A stretch of 64,000 bases of DNA from Fistulifera solaris (taxonomy: Eukaryota). A program made the position numbers and the translations under genes. The stretch lies in contig AP026131.1 of assembly GCA_030295235.1 (NCBI GenBank), positions 682,001-746,000 on the forward strand, written 5' to 3'. Shown in pieces: positions 12,543 through 24,713 of the stretch (positions within the stretch are counted from its first letter, which is position 1; each line of letters opens with the position of its first letter). A model generated the notes under the pieces. That model was not told the origin of the DNA, made no database searches, and saw only the letters and a list, made by a program, of their open reading frames with translations.

Positions 12543-13704
12543 ACCGAATTTTCGAAAGTCCATGTTTTTCATGAAATCAACGTGTATCGTAGCAGCAAAA
12601 CGTAACGACGGAGAAGTCTTTATAGTAATGTATATTGTTTCACTTCATTTGCGATTCCTTAAGTAGCGCGACGACCGTTGTATCTGCATCCTCTATTACT
12701 CCGCTCCACTGTGTTCTTACGCTAGCAATGTAGATATTCCGTCATTATCACTTCTGATAGCTGGATTTTCTTAATCTTCGGGGAACATTGTCTCAAATTT
12801 TGCCTATCAACTCTTTCCAACCGAAAGATTTTCTGTAAAGTGCCCCGCATCGACCCACTAGCTTCTCATACCGAGCTTCATTCCCTCGATTCATATCATT
12901 TCCTTACACCCGACTAGCAGGACACCAGCAAAGTGTTCTAGCGTGCATCGAACGACGAATGGCCGCACTAGGTTTTCGCGTTCCATTCAATATTGGTGAA
13001 GGAATCACTCTGTTGTGTGCACTTCGCGCGCTACTTTGTGTCAAAGTCCTCCACTAAGCAGAGTTTTCAGCCGTAGAAAGTAATGTTGGTAGTTGGTCCT
13101 CTCTCTAACATGTTTCAAGAAGAACCCTCTACCAATGGAGAAATAAGGAAAGGCGTTGCATCATTCGTCTCATTTGGACGGGTATCAGTTATGACTTTAA
13201 ATGGCCATAGACGACTCGTCCAAATGTTAGTGCTTCCTTAAATTGTCATCGATTACAATAGCCTCTCATTTGCGTTTTCTCGAACGCTGCTTAATCTATA
13301 GATGCGTTCTCGCAGCAACAACATCAACGCGCATGCTAATGGTGTTGTCAAAAAAAGATTTCAAGAAGATAAGAAAAGGCAAAGCGAGGCACATGTTTGA
13401 ATAAGCCTCGTTCGGCCTTTTTCAGTCATTGCCGTACATTACATTATTTGCTAGAGTGTTCCTGTTATTGCGTAATTTGTATCACCTTTGGTGTAAGTTG
13501 GGCTTGAGGGGGAGATTTTTACATATGAAACTGGATGCCGCTGTCCGGCGTCAATGGTCATAATGTCCTTTGGCCAGATCACAAAAACAAAACCACAAAC
13601 AAAATGAACGCATGACGCATCCTAAAATTTTTTTTTATAAAAATTAGTTCATCAAAACGATATTGACAAGCGACTTGTATTTTGTAAGCAAACATCAATC
13701 CTGC

Positions 13705-14362
13705 ATGAATCGTTTCACATTCACTCTCGCCCTCTTATTATGGGCGTTTCGGCATAGATTCTGCGAAGCATCTCTCAGTGAGTTCTTTCTTTGAACTTTG
13801 AAAAAATCGATTCTTGCCGGTCATGTTCTTACAATATAAGCTCGTCTCATTAACAGTTGATCGATTAGTAAGTGCCGCATGTGAACTAGCGGAACCTCGT
13901 GTCGATGGCGATGACTTGGCCACGTGCGATTGTAACGGCAGTTTCCGCGTGTTTGGGGGACTGCGAGCCAAGCTCATGTGTACTACCAATATGCGCGTGT
14001 GCTACGAGGGCACCACCTATTGCGGATACGCGAAAGTGGATGCTTCGTTGGGTGCACGTATCTTTGGACGCTCAGGCTTTCTAGGAACGACCATTTCGGT
14101 TGATATGGATGAAGGTCTTCCGAATTCTTTGACCGAAGCTCCTCCCATGACGGTGCGACTGTTTCCAGTCGGGTTGAATTTCTTGTTCAATACGTGTGAA
14201 ATGTTTGTGGGAGACCAGAAATGTGCCTCTTGTGTGGTATGCGAGGAAGGCGTCGAGTTTACTTACGATTGCAGCAATACCGACTTGGCGCCCAGTAATA
14301 CTTTACTTTTCGTCCCCGGTCCCAAAAGTACGACGTGCACTTCTTTCATGCCCGCACCGTAG
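13705..14362 (+). CDS. Small secreted cysteine-rich protein, 1 intron
   Basis: Exon 1 MNRFTFTLALLLWAFRHRFCEASL (signal-peptide-like) is followed by a GTGAGT donor at 13779. Exon 2 lies within ORF 13814..14362 with CDC, CASCVVC and YDCSN motifs. Confidence 0.65.
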
Positions 14363-14980
14363 TTTAATTGTTTCATAAGTGTATCTTTAATCGAATAAAC
14401 TTTTACTCTCTAAGGATGTAATAATTTTAAACAACCACATAGCTTATCAGGTATAACTCATTATTACCGTTATCGAACTGCGATGACAATCACCATTTGA
14501 TACGATGTACGTTGGGGCGCGCGAGGTTACTTTCTTTCAGAAACCTTCGAAACCGTATATAGCAGCTAGGAAACGTTGCGCTGAGTGAGCCACTTGCGTG
14601 TCAGCAGCTTCGAGTCATCGGGGTGATGGTCCCTTCATGTGATATCAAAAATTACGACTAATGAGGGCTTCCAAAAAATGATGACGGATTCCAGATTTTC
14701 CAGCGGAAAGATAACTCGTTTCAGCCTGCAGCCTGCTATCTGCTATGTTCAACGCTCTAGCTCTGATGTCATAATGTCGGACTCGAGATCATGGAATGTT
14801 CTGGCTTCATATTCATACCTGGGTGCTTGTCGGAAGTCTCTCCGTAACATACTATACAGTTTACGCTTATATAGTAATTATTTCAACGGAAACATTTGTA
14901 CTCTACTCAATTGTACAACATTTCGCGACAAATTCCGATACACGTTTTATGCTATGAGCTTAAATGCCGTTTGTCTCTAA

Positions 14981-16035
14981 GTAATTTTTTGTCATTATAG
15001 AGAGAAATTTTCTCTCTATGAGAGAAATTTCTCTCTGTAGAGAGAAATAGGGAGAACATTTCTCTTTAAGGGAGAAAATTTCTCTCTAAGGGAGAAATCG
15101 AGAGAAAATCTCTCTCTAAGAGAAAAATTTTCTCACTTCAGAGAGAAATTTTCATTATGGAGTAAGACGATTTCTGTTTAGAGTTTTCCTCTGTTGAACG
15201 AATTTTATGTACTTGTACTGTACAATGTGGGCGTCGGGCGTCGTTGTCGTTGCGTCGGTGCATTACTTTTCTGCTTGACAAGTATCGAAGAGGTTTCTTT
15301 TCAAAAGAGTAATTCATATCAACTCAAAACCTATTATCTAACGCTTTTGATTAATGGCAAGAATGAGAGACCAAAGGATTAAGAGGGAAATCTCTGAATG
15401 ATCTGAGATGCGGCCGTGGCGTTCTGGAAACTCAACAAGCCCGGGAAAACGAAGCAGCCCCAGACCGCGGAAATTTGCCAGACTCTTCAGTCAGCATGGA
15501 AAAGACAAACTGTGTCCAATGAGCCGCGGATCAAATATGTTTTCACAGTAAAAACAAAAGGGAAATTGAAAATGGAACGCACCAAACAGCACGACGCCGA
15601 GCCAAAAATGGCACTCGGCCTGCACACGCGCCATTCGTCTTTCCAAAGCTAAGCCCCATTGTTCCTGTTGACGAGGTCAATTGATGACTAGCTATCGGGG
15701 ACAAATTACATTTTAGTAATTAGAAATGCTTGTCTCGCTGCACCGTCTTTTTGTTTTTGCGTTGGTTGTTTTGTGCGATAACGGTTGTTCGTTGTGTGTT
15801 GAGGTCTCTTCATCGTCGATTTTTAACCTTAATTAGACTACACAAAGAAGTGAACGAAAGCATAGAAAAAATATCTCTCTGCAGAGAGAACTTTCTCTCT
15901 AAAGAGAGAAATAGGGAGAAATATCTCTTTTAAGGGAGAAAATTTCTCTCTAAGAGAGAAATCGAGATAAAATCTCTCTCTAAAGAGAGAAATTTTCTCA
16001 CTTCAGAGAGAATTTTTCTCTCTGGCAAAAAAACA
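14981..16035. mobile_element. Putative non-autonomous element bounded by two ~150 bp blocks of palindromic AGAGAGAAATTTCTCTCT-like units
   Basis: Blocks ~14999-15152 and ~15866-16023 are direct copies of each other (GAGAAATAGGGAGAA...TTTTCTCACTTCAGAGAGAA), each made of ~20 bp self-complementary units. No coding capacity between them. Confidence 0.55.
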
Positions 16036-16890
16036 CATTACTTGTTTTGCGTTATGAGCGAACATACCGTTTCGGTTGCTAAAGATAATATTTATCGTTG
16101 AAACCAAGTTTCGTTCATAGATATTTAGGAATCGATACGACATCGAAACCATAGATAATCGGAACCGCTCGGAGTGAGTAATTTCCGTCAAGCTCCCTGG
16201 TAGTTCCATAAAGTTGAACCTTATTCGAAAGTTGATGGATTGGAAAACAGTCTGATGACGTAAGACGTAAGAACTTGGAGAATAAGGTGATTGGCTCTCG
16301 GAGCTCGGAGCTCGGAGGGTTCCACACTGCACACTTGACTGAGTCATCTTTTGCTCGATGGAACATGACACATGACACGTAAGACCTTGCGTAATTGCGC
16401 AAGACGATAAGGATAGTCAATTCGTCAATCCCGCCACACGCCACACGGACGCGGAAGCCGGAAGCCGAAAGCCGGAGAGTTTCCTTCCTCCGCTTGCATT
16501 TTTGCGGTGTACGCAAGTAGTGACACCGCAAAAACTTGATCGAGAATCATCGAGAACGAGCTGGCGGCGCGGAAGCCGGAAGCCGAAGCGTAGAACGTAA
16601 AAGGGAAAGCCCCGACATTATTATTCGTTTTATCACAGTTCTGTCCTAATGTTTGTCCGCCCCGGGTCCCGATTTCGGATTTAATACGCGTACGTGTCGA
16701 GGGTACTCTCCTTTATAGAGTAAGGTCGTAAGTAGAGCGGTAAATTTCACGACCACCTTTCTTCATTCGACCTCCTGGGCGGCAATTGTGTTCATTTTTG
16801 CTGCGATCGCATCAGCTTGTCCTCACAAATCTCTTTCTCGATCGAATCTCAAGCAATCTTACAATCCTCTTTCAAACAATATTGAACACC

Positions 16891-17451
16891 ATGAACGAAG
16901 TTGGCTTTGCTGATATGATGAAAGTGCTGGAAAGCTGGCAAGCCGTCCGACAAAGAGAAGACTTCGAGGAGCAACTGGGTATCGAAACTCTGATGCTCAT
17001 GTTCGACCTCGACCCGAAAGTTCAAGAAGTATTTGGTTTTGCTCCGAATAAGAAGATAACCGGGCTGCAACGCATGGGGCTTTTGATTCACGGAAGTCAA
17101 GTTGTACAAGTTTTCGATGCCATCTTCTCCGCCTTGGGACCGGACATCGACGAAGTACTCGTACCGATCCTTGAAGATCTCGGAGATGAGCACCTGATAT
17201 TGCGTCTATCTCCCGAACAATTCCAATCTTTGAGCAAGGCGTTGATGCAGATTCTCCCCGGAAAACTGGACGGGTGGTCACCAGCCCTGGAATCGGCTTG
17301 GACGAATGTAATGAATGCTGTGACGAGTCAGCTCGCGGAATGCGTGCGAAATCGTGCTCCATTAAAAACACCAAAGACCGTGACATCCACACATAGCAGC
17401 AATGTGGTTGTCAAAAGTCTATCGGTCGCGACGGCGGACCGGCGGTTGTAA
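16891..17451 (+). CDS. Single-domain globin (3/3 myoglobin-like fold), paralog 1
   Basis: A-helix VLESW, CD corner DPKVQEVFGF, putative distal His LIHG, putative proximal His LGDEH, H-helix ESAW..V. Confidence 0.85.
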   Translation: MNEVGFADMMKVLESWQAVRQREDFEEQLGIETLMLMFDLDPKVQEVFGFAPNKKITGLQRMGLLIHGSQVVQVFDAIFSALGPDIDEVLVPILEDLGDEHLILRLSPEQFQSLSKALMQILPGKLDGWSPALESAWTNVMNAVTSQLAECVRNRAPLKTPKTVTSTHSSNVVVKSLSVATADRRL

Positions 17452-18114
17452 AGTAGAATTGTAAATAAAGCACAGGTCAAATAGTGTCTGATCATCTAGA
17501 TGACTCTACTGATTAAGCTCCTATTTAATGTGCTGCACTACGCTTCAGTAACGGCAACAAGTAACACAACGCCTTGAGGCACTATTCTCGCTCCTTTTAA
17601 ACGATTGTTTTCAGACCCACTCGATACCACATCACATTCTCGAATTCCGATGAGAACTCTCGACGCCCAAGCTCTACTAAGCGCAACTCCTCAACTATTA
17701 AACTTAGGAATGCTTCGAGATCGAAGCGAAGTTAAACATTTTAGATGATCTAGATCTCTGGTACGGAGTAAACTGTCTCTAGGTTTGATGAACCCATAAG
17801 GTTTGAGGTACGAACTACGAACTATGCTCTCGTTCTCTAAAAATAGAGTTGAGGATAGGGAATGGATCTTGTTTTGATGCGCGCGCGATTGCAAGAACGA
17901 GAAGAAAGAACTTCCGTTTTGACCGTTCGATTGTAAACAACGATGTTGAAATGGTTTGATGGAAGGAAGACAGCATCAACAAGTAAAATGTGTAATGAAG
18001 AAATATTAATTATCTTACTGCGAGAGTCAACACAGGCGGTTCGGATTGACTTCCGTTTAATTTCGACATTATGTGCATCAAAATGTAATCAATCGAAACC
18101 AAAACAAAAATGAA

Positions 18115-18681
18115 TTATGCAGCGCGGGGCAGCGAATGCGAAGGGGTCAAGCCACTTCTCGGCAAAGCCGAAAGGCTATTGCTGGGAGCGGTCTTCTCCA
18201 TTCGCTTAAGCATGCTCTTGACAATCTCAGCATTCACACATTCAATGACCTGTGACCAGGCGGCCCGAACATCATTTGTCCATTCGTTGCCCATGATCTT
18301 TTCCAATACCTCCATCACAGCACGACACAAGAGGGTGAAATGATTGGGCGATAAGCCGTGCTTGCAATGCTGTTCTCCCATTTCGGTGACGACGTCGTAG
18401 AACAGCTCTTCGTCGGGCCCCAGGGCCGAGAGGATCACGTCGAACATCTTGACAACTTGAAGGCCATGAATGAGAACACCCATGCGCTGCATGCCTTGAG
18501 CTTTGACTTCCTTTTCGACGGCGAAGCCGTAAATCGGTTTAATCTGCGGATCCATTTTGAAGAGGACGAGGAGAGTGTCGATACCAAGCTGTTCATCGAA
18601 ACCGTTTCTTTGTCTTGCGGTTTCCCAACTGCTAATCACCTTCATGACACAGGCAGGACTTGCTACTTCGGTATATGTCAT
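18115..18681 (-). CDS. Single-domain globin, paralog 2 (convergent with paralog 1)
   Basis: VISSW, DPQIKPIYGF, LIHG, MGEQHCKHGLSPNHF, RAAW. Shares EQLGI.TL, G.QRMG.LIHG.QVV..FD.I.SALGPD with paralog 1. Confidence 0.88.
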   Translation of the reverse strand: MTYTEVASPACVMKVISSWETARQRNGFDEQLGIDTLLVLFKMDPQIKPIYGFAVEKEVKAQGMQRMGVLIHGLQVVKMFDVILSALGPDEELFYDVVTEMGEQHCKHGLSPNHFTLLCRAVMEVLEKIMGNEWTNDVRAAWSQVIECVNAEIVKSMLKRMEKTAPSNSLSALPRSGLTPSHSLPRAA

Positions 18682-19032
18682 CTTGATTTTGAAAAGAAAG
18701 GCGTAGGATGTTTTGCAACCTTTTGTTGGAAACGAATTTGTGCGAGACGAACAGAGGCTTGTGGCAAACAATCGGCCGATCAGCGATCTCGCGGATGCGA
18801 GCGGTCATCGGTCATCATCAGAATGTGTTCCCGAATGAGATTCTTCACACCTGCATCAGCGCAGATGATGTCTGATGTCTGGGCACAGGTTAAAAAAATC
18901 CAACGTGGTCATAACTAAAAAGGTACGCAGGCTATAATAAATTTAGTACTGTATAAGTTTATGTAAAAATGGACATTAAACATTAACGGTGAGTCTGTAT
19001 TCTGTATTTCGTATTTCGTTTACTCTTATGGA

Positions 19033-19196
19033 TTTCCTAAAGTCCGAATGAATTTTTGACATTCGAAGGAATTTTGGGGTACAGTGATTCAGAAATCGGA
19101 GTTTCTGAAAGAAAGCAAAAAATGATTTGTGACAAAAGAGAAAAAACCAGTGGAAAATTTACTTAAATGTCAAAAATTCATTCGGACTTTAGGAAA
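19033..19196. repeat. Perfect 31 bp inverted repeat around a ~100 bp spacer (MITE-like)
   Basis: TTTCCTAAAGTCCGAATGAATTTTTGACATT (19033-19063) and its reverse complement (19166-19196). Confidence 0.8.
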
Positions 19197-19761
19197 ATAG
19201 TACTCCGTAGTAAATATTTAAGATGTCTTTGACCTTGATTTTCTAATTAATTCCTCAAATAATGATTGCCAAGACCGAATTTCGACGTCCAATGTACCTC
19301 ATTGCTCGTTGATCATTGATATCAGATACCAGGGCACGGCGTTAAAAATTCCCCGCCTTGCTGTCGCTGCTTGTCGGGAAAGACTTTTTCGATTAGGGTT
19401 TTTAATTTCCGTCGCGCAGTCTCTCACCGTGCGGATTCTGTAGCGGCTGTGTTACTACGTAAAAAAGACCTCGTACCTGGTACTTCGTCCTTCGTCTCCA
19501 AAGGGTTCTACTTACTAAGTCGATAGAACTTGGTAAGGTGTTTCATACTACGTATTATATGAATTGTTTGTCCTATAGCTTTTACTGTAGTCTTTGGGCA
19601 CATCTTGCTCTATAGTCGATCTAGTTGGTGTTTCAACGGCTCGCCAACGGATTGCATGTGGCACTCGTTACCAAAAACGCTTTTTTGCCTGTGGCATCGC
19701 AAAAACTATGTTTACGTGAATTTACCTCGGTGTAAATTACGTTTCGCTAAACCCCAAAATT

Positions 19762-19900
19762 CCGGGGAAAGATGGGGAATGTTGGGGAAAGTTGGGGAAG
19801 GATGGGGAATCCCCGAGAATCCCGGGGAATCCCCAAGAATCCCCGAGAATCCCCGAGATTCCCCGAGAATCCCGGGGATTATAGGGGATGTCCGGGGAAG
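19762..19900 (+). repeat. ~10 bp G-rich/C-rich minisatellite inside the TIR element
   Basis: GGGGAAAGAT/GGGGAATGTT/GGGGAAAGTT units, then ATCCCCGAGA units. Confidence 0.8.
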
Positions 19901-20442
19901 TATAAAAGACATGTCAGGGCGTGTTTACCCTTGTCCTATGTGAACAAAGAGATCTCTTTCCAAGCCTCAAATTTGAACGAATCGAAAGATACAGACCACG
20001 TAGTACCGGTACTTGTACATCGCGACCATAGGGCATACCTGGTACTTTTGAATCCTTGGAGCTCCGCTATGGTGGGGACTATCCGTGGCAGACGAGCTGG
20101 GCACTTTGCTCGGAGTCTTCCGCTGCCGGAACAGCACTGGCAGAAATGTTTGGCGCAGCAGGCGGACTGGTATTGGACTCGACGACGGGCCCGCGTTAGG
20201 AGCAATCGATGGTGTAGCACGTGGCGAAGAGCTAGACATTCGAACGAGGTCGCGGAAGCAACGGAAGGCTATTGTAGAGCATCAGTTCTATTCATAAAAA
20301 TACTTACTTTAAAATTCGTTAATTGCCTTAGCTATCAATAAGTTTACTTGTCATTTTCAAGGTAAAACAGACCCCAATGCGCAATTCGTGACTGGTAATT
20401 CACGGATGTATTCCAGGAAATTTTCAGCTAATGCGAGAAATC

Positions 20443-20540
20443 TGGGAAGTACGGGGAACGGCGGGGAAAGTTGGGGAATGGCGGGGAAAGTTGGGGAACG
20501 GCGGGGAAAGTTGGGGAACGGCGGGGAAAGTTGGGGAAGT
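20443..20540 (+). repeat. 19 bp G-rich minisatellite inside the TIR element
   Basis: (GGCGGGGAAAGTTGGGGAA[C/T]) about 4 times. Confidence 0.85.
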
Positions 20541-21966
20541 CGCACATTCTTGAGTGCCAAACGTTGTCTGCATTATCGGGCCTCCAATAAACGTAGATTT
20601 GGAAAGGCCGCTAAAATGCCGGATTAGCGAGTGCCACATGCAATCCGTTGGCGAGCCGTTGAAACACCAACTAGATTGACTATAGAGCAAGATGTGCCCA
20701 AAGACTACAGTAAAAGCTATAGGACAAACAATTCATATAATACGTAGTATGAAACACCTTACCAAGTTCTATCGACTTAGTAAGTAGAACCCTTTGGAGA
20801 CGAAGGACGAAGTACCAGGTACGAGGTCTTTTTTACGTAGTAACACAGCCGCTACAGAATCCGCACGGTGAGAGACTGCGCGACGGAAATTAAAAACCCT
20901 AATCGAAAAAGTCTTTCCCGACAAGCAGCGACAGCAAGGCGGGGAATTTTTAACGCCGTGCCCAGCGATAAGCGATAAGCCTACCTGTATACAAAGTAGT
21001 GGTAGGTGGTAGGTAGTGGTAGGTGGTAGGTGGTAGTGGACCAGTCATGCAGTCCAGTAGTCAGCAGTAGTTTGTAGTGTGTAGTGTCATCGATCATCGG
21101 TCATCGGTCATCGGTCATCGTCAAGACATGCAGAAACACAGAACACGAACACGGTCCACGGTCCTCTCTCCTCTCTTGTCTCTTGTCTCTTGTCTGTCAC
21201 CTCAGGTAGGTACTACATACCGGTAGCTGGTAGCGCTTAGCGGAACTGAAACGAGAAAGGAGTACAGTAAGAGATAAAATACCTTTCTTACTATCTACAC
21301 AGCATAGGTCTAGCCTTTGCATTTTATAAATCAATTTTTATAAAACCTTTACACACGCCAATAGACTCAAGCAAATGTTTCGTTGCGATGCGGCCGCAGC
21401 AATCCATGTCGAAAAGCCTGATGAATGTTGCTCGATCCATCAAAAACTTTCTACATTAGTGGCTCGTAGAATGTTTGCGAACAAAAAGACATCGCGGGAA
21501 GTTTGGCAAGAAAAACGAGTGTAAGTATGCGGTGGTTGGTTTCCGGGCCTGATAATGATTTGAGTCGTAGACGAGATACAGTTGAGGTTGACTCATTTGA
21601 ACAACACCATCCACGAGAATAACAACGTTTTATTTTGAAAAATCATGCGAAGCAATGCTTCTTTCTAGTATTGCGTAGAAAAGAATTTCGGTCTCGGGTG
21701 TGGTAGTTCATAGCAAAAAAATAAAAAAGGCCATAAATTATCCGGGACTGGAAATGAGTTTTAGCCGGATCGTAAGGTTAGCCGTCATTACTACTTTTTG
21801 TAAGAGAGTGAGCAGTCAGTCGTCTTCACAAAACTTGTTCGTGCTTTTGCTCCTCGTCCTGCATTTCGACCATGGACATCTCATTTGCTCAAACCAAAGG
21901 CAGTTCTTTAAGCGACATTCATTTGCAATTATACACTAAGTCATCAATCAAGCGTTTCCCTACGGC

Positions 21967-22608
21967 ATGCATAATATGGATATTGAACAAGAGCGAAGGC
22001 CGTTAACCAACACGGTTGAGAATCCGTATCAAGTCAATGGCAGCAACAATACATTGGCGGCCAAAGCATTGCTAAGATTGCAACGACTGGTGTATTTGAG
22101 CTTGAGCTTGTTTGGTCTTTACAAATTACATTTTTATCGAGCTATTTTCGTTTCTGTTCGAATACGGCACGTGCCTTTTCAATGGGGCTTGGCTTTGACG
22201 ATCGGTACGTAATCAAGCAGACAGCGGTCCGTTTTTCGTGTCCTTTTTCTCTCTTGCAACCCTGCTGTGATTCATACCTTACAAATTATTGCTTCTCTAG
22301 CCATGTTCTTCATCAAGGCCTACGTGGAGCTCTATCAGGGTCGATTGCATCAGCAAAGAGTCAACTATCAAAATTTCCGACAAACGACTCATCTCTTTCT
22401 GTTGCTTTGGACTATGACGAGCGTTTGTTTCTTCGTTGCTTTATGGCCGCATTACAAATGGAATACATTCTTGGTATTGTTCTTATTGGCATTTGGCGTG
22501 GTCCTGCAATTTCTGTTGCTCGTCCCCAATCCGTGGGCGCAGAATGGTGTTGCTTTGGTGGGGTTGACATTCTTCTTACAAGATTACGCAGGCTTTGGGG
22601 CCGCCTAG
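21967..22608 (+). CDS. Multi-pass membrane protein, TMEM128-like; 1 intron (~22205-22300)
   Basis: Two hydrophobic ORFs joined by GTACGT..CTAG; several TM helices; ALWPHY.W.T motif reminiscent of TMEM128. Confidence 0.65.
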
Positions 22609-22797
22609 TTTAGTTGGAAGTTCAAGATTGATGGATATTCAAAAATATTTTGCTCTCCAATCACAGCAAGAGTTCTTAGGTCCTCTAAGCTAGTAGACAT
22701 TCTTTCATGCACACTAGGGTAAACCCGTGTAGTAAATTTCATTGAAAACTTAGCCTAGAGTGCTTGGTTGAAATTCAATTATTAAAGTACTGAGAGT

Positions 22798-23903
22798 TTA
22801 GTTTAAAGGCAACCCACTGACTCCGTCACGCTCCTCGATGGCATCCCGCAAAACGCTGGGAGTTAAGTACAAGTAATGGATGTTAAAGCCCTCGGTGACA
22901 ATTTCGACACGCACTGTCGTTAAAGTTGGTGTCAAGACTTCAATTTGCCGTGAGAAATTTGCGAACGTATCCCATTCTTCCGTGGGAGTAAATCCAACAA
23001 AGCTTTCGTAGAGCTGTGTTGTGTTCATATCGATTAAATCGAACGATCCAGCACCTTCCGGTGAAGCAATGCCAGCATGAACGTCATAAAAGCCGGCTAC
23101 TGGAATATCCCATTCGAACTCAAACCAACTGTTTAACACCAGGTTTCCAAAGTACGCTGGAACGTCGCCGTCAGCGGGATTTAGGCTAACTAAGCTCGAG
23201 TTGGTGACATCTTCGATACCCACTTTTCGATGCAAGAAAGGCTGTCGTCGATTGGTAGGAACTACCGGTGTCAAACTTCCGCTTGGCTCGCTAGGAGACA
23301 TCGTACTTGTTGTCAAAGTGGAAGTGTCGCTTTCTTCAAGGGTCCCAACGATGCTGGGCATCATGGTGAGTGTCGGTACGATTGTGCTCGGAGCTGTGCT
23401 AATTGTTGGCTTTATGCCTACTGTCGGAGTAGCGGGTGTAAGGGGATCTGGACTCGGCGGTACAACAGAGCCTGTTCCTGTCGTCGTCACCGTCGTCACA
23501 GGGGGAACGCCACTAGTCGAGTTGGTTATATTCGCATTTGATGTTGTGGTGGTCGTCGTTGCAATAAACTCAGGTGTCGCCCCAGTAGAATTAGAAATGG
23601 AACCTGTGGTATTTGTGGAAGGAGTCGCTGTTCCTGTTGCGGAGACACTGATAGATTTCGGTGGCGAGAGCCCGCTTTTGGTGCAACATTTGAAGTAGTT
23701 GTAGCTCCGAGAGGCTGCAACGCTGTTGTTGCCATCAAGGCTTCGGTGTCAGGATCGGGAGGCACTGTTGCGTTAGATGATGCGATCACGGTTTCGCCTC
23801 GCGCATCGTTCGGTAAGGAGGGTCGCAAAAAACTTTTCTGGGCGCTGCAGGAAGCCACCAAGAAGCAGAGCGCAAAAACTCTCGAAAATCTCCCCTGTTG
23901 CAT
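22798..23903 (-). CDS. Secreted CBM6-like protein A (signal peptide, long S/T/P-rich region, 1 CBM); frameshift ~23680
   Basis: MQQGRFSRVFALCFLVASCSA signal; C-terminal WFEFEWDIPVAGFYDVHAGIASPEGAGSFDL...EEWDTF...GFNIHYL. Confidence 0.8.
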
Positions 23904-24713
23904 TCCTTCACTGTTCATTGAGCTAGTAGACATATCAATTGATGCAATTTTTGCCTCCGATAGACTAGTATACGTCACTGTTCTGTGTGATTTGTTTTGC
24001 TTGTTCGATTCGATGTGCAGCGAGGCTTTCAGATGAAATGGAGTGCCGATGATGAGAACGAAAGCATAACAAAAGAAATAGGTCTTCCGACTTTTTCAAA
24101 AAATGCAAGGCTTCGGGACTTTTGTCCTTTCGGATCTTTATTGTCTTTGGCCTCCCGTCTCTGAGCTCTAAAGTATATTATAATGACTGTGACTTCTCGG
24201 TTGTGTATCTTTAGTACTACGTACTTTATACAGGAGTCATTATCACTTATCACGGACTATTTTTCCACGCGCGAAATATTCGTGACTAATGACTGCAATC
24301 CGGTCACGGCATAAATTCAAATTTCGAACTCTCTATAACCAGTTGAATTTTAGCAAACTGTAACCGGACAAATTGAATCCGAGCTTCAGTTGGAGATTTA
24401 ACTGCCAATGATCATAGCTACACCTGGGCCTCAAAGCATAGAAGCCTGGAATCTGAGGTATCTGCCTATTACGACGACAGTGTACGGGAGTAGAACGATG
24501 TCTTCGTAAATTGCTACTCCTGGTGCATCGCGACAGTGAAAGAGACGGGAAGGCTTCGGCGACCGCAGAAACGTAACTTGGACATTCTAGAGAGTCAGTG
24601 TTATAAACAAAGAATGACGAAACGGGCATTTGTAAATGGGCGTCGTGCGAGCCCAAAGCGCAGTCTTCGACAAGGAATCTGTCTTGTGCTTCTTATGATG
24701 TATTTTGTCCAAT

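Larger units (their letters stand above)
19333..20962. mobile_element. Non-autonomous DNA transposon with ~335 bp TIRs and 3 bp TSD CAG (PIF/Harbinger-like ends)
   Basis: 19333-19667 is the near-perfect reverse complement of 20628-20962 (GGCACGGCGTTAAAAATTCCCCGCC...). CAG flanks both ends (19330-19332, 20963-20965). No transposase ORF inside. Confidence 0.88.

Noticed and set aside
19762..20540. Telomeric repeats
   Set aside because: Units are 10 and 19 bp with GGGGAA cores, not TTAGGG-type, and lie inside a TIR element
19605..20690. ORFs within the TIR element as a transposase
   Set aside because: Short, run through TIRs and minisatellites, and have no DDE or DNA-binding motifs
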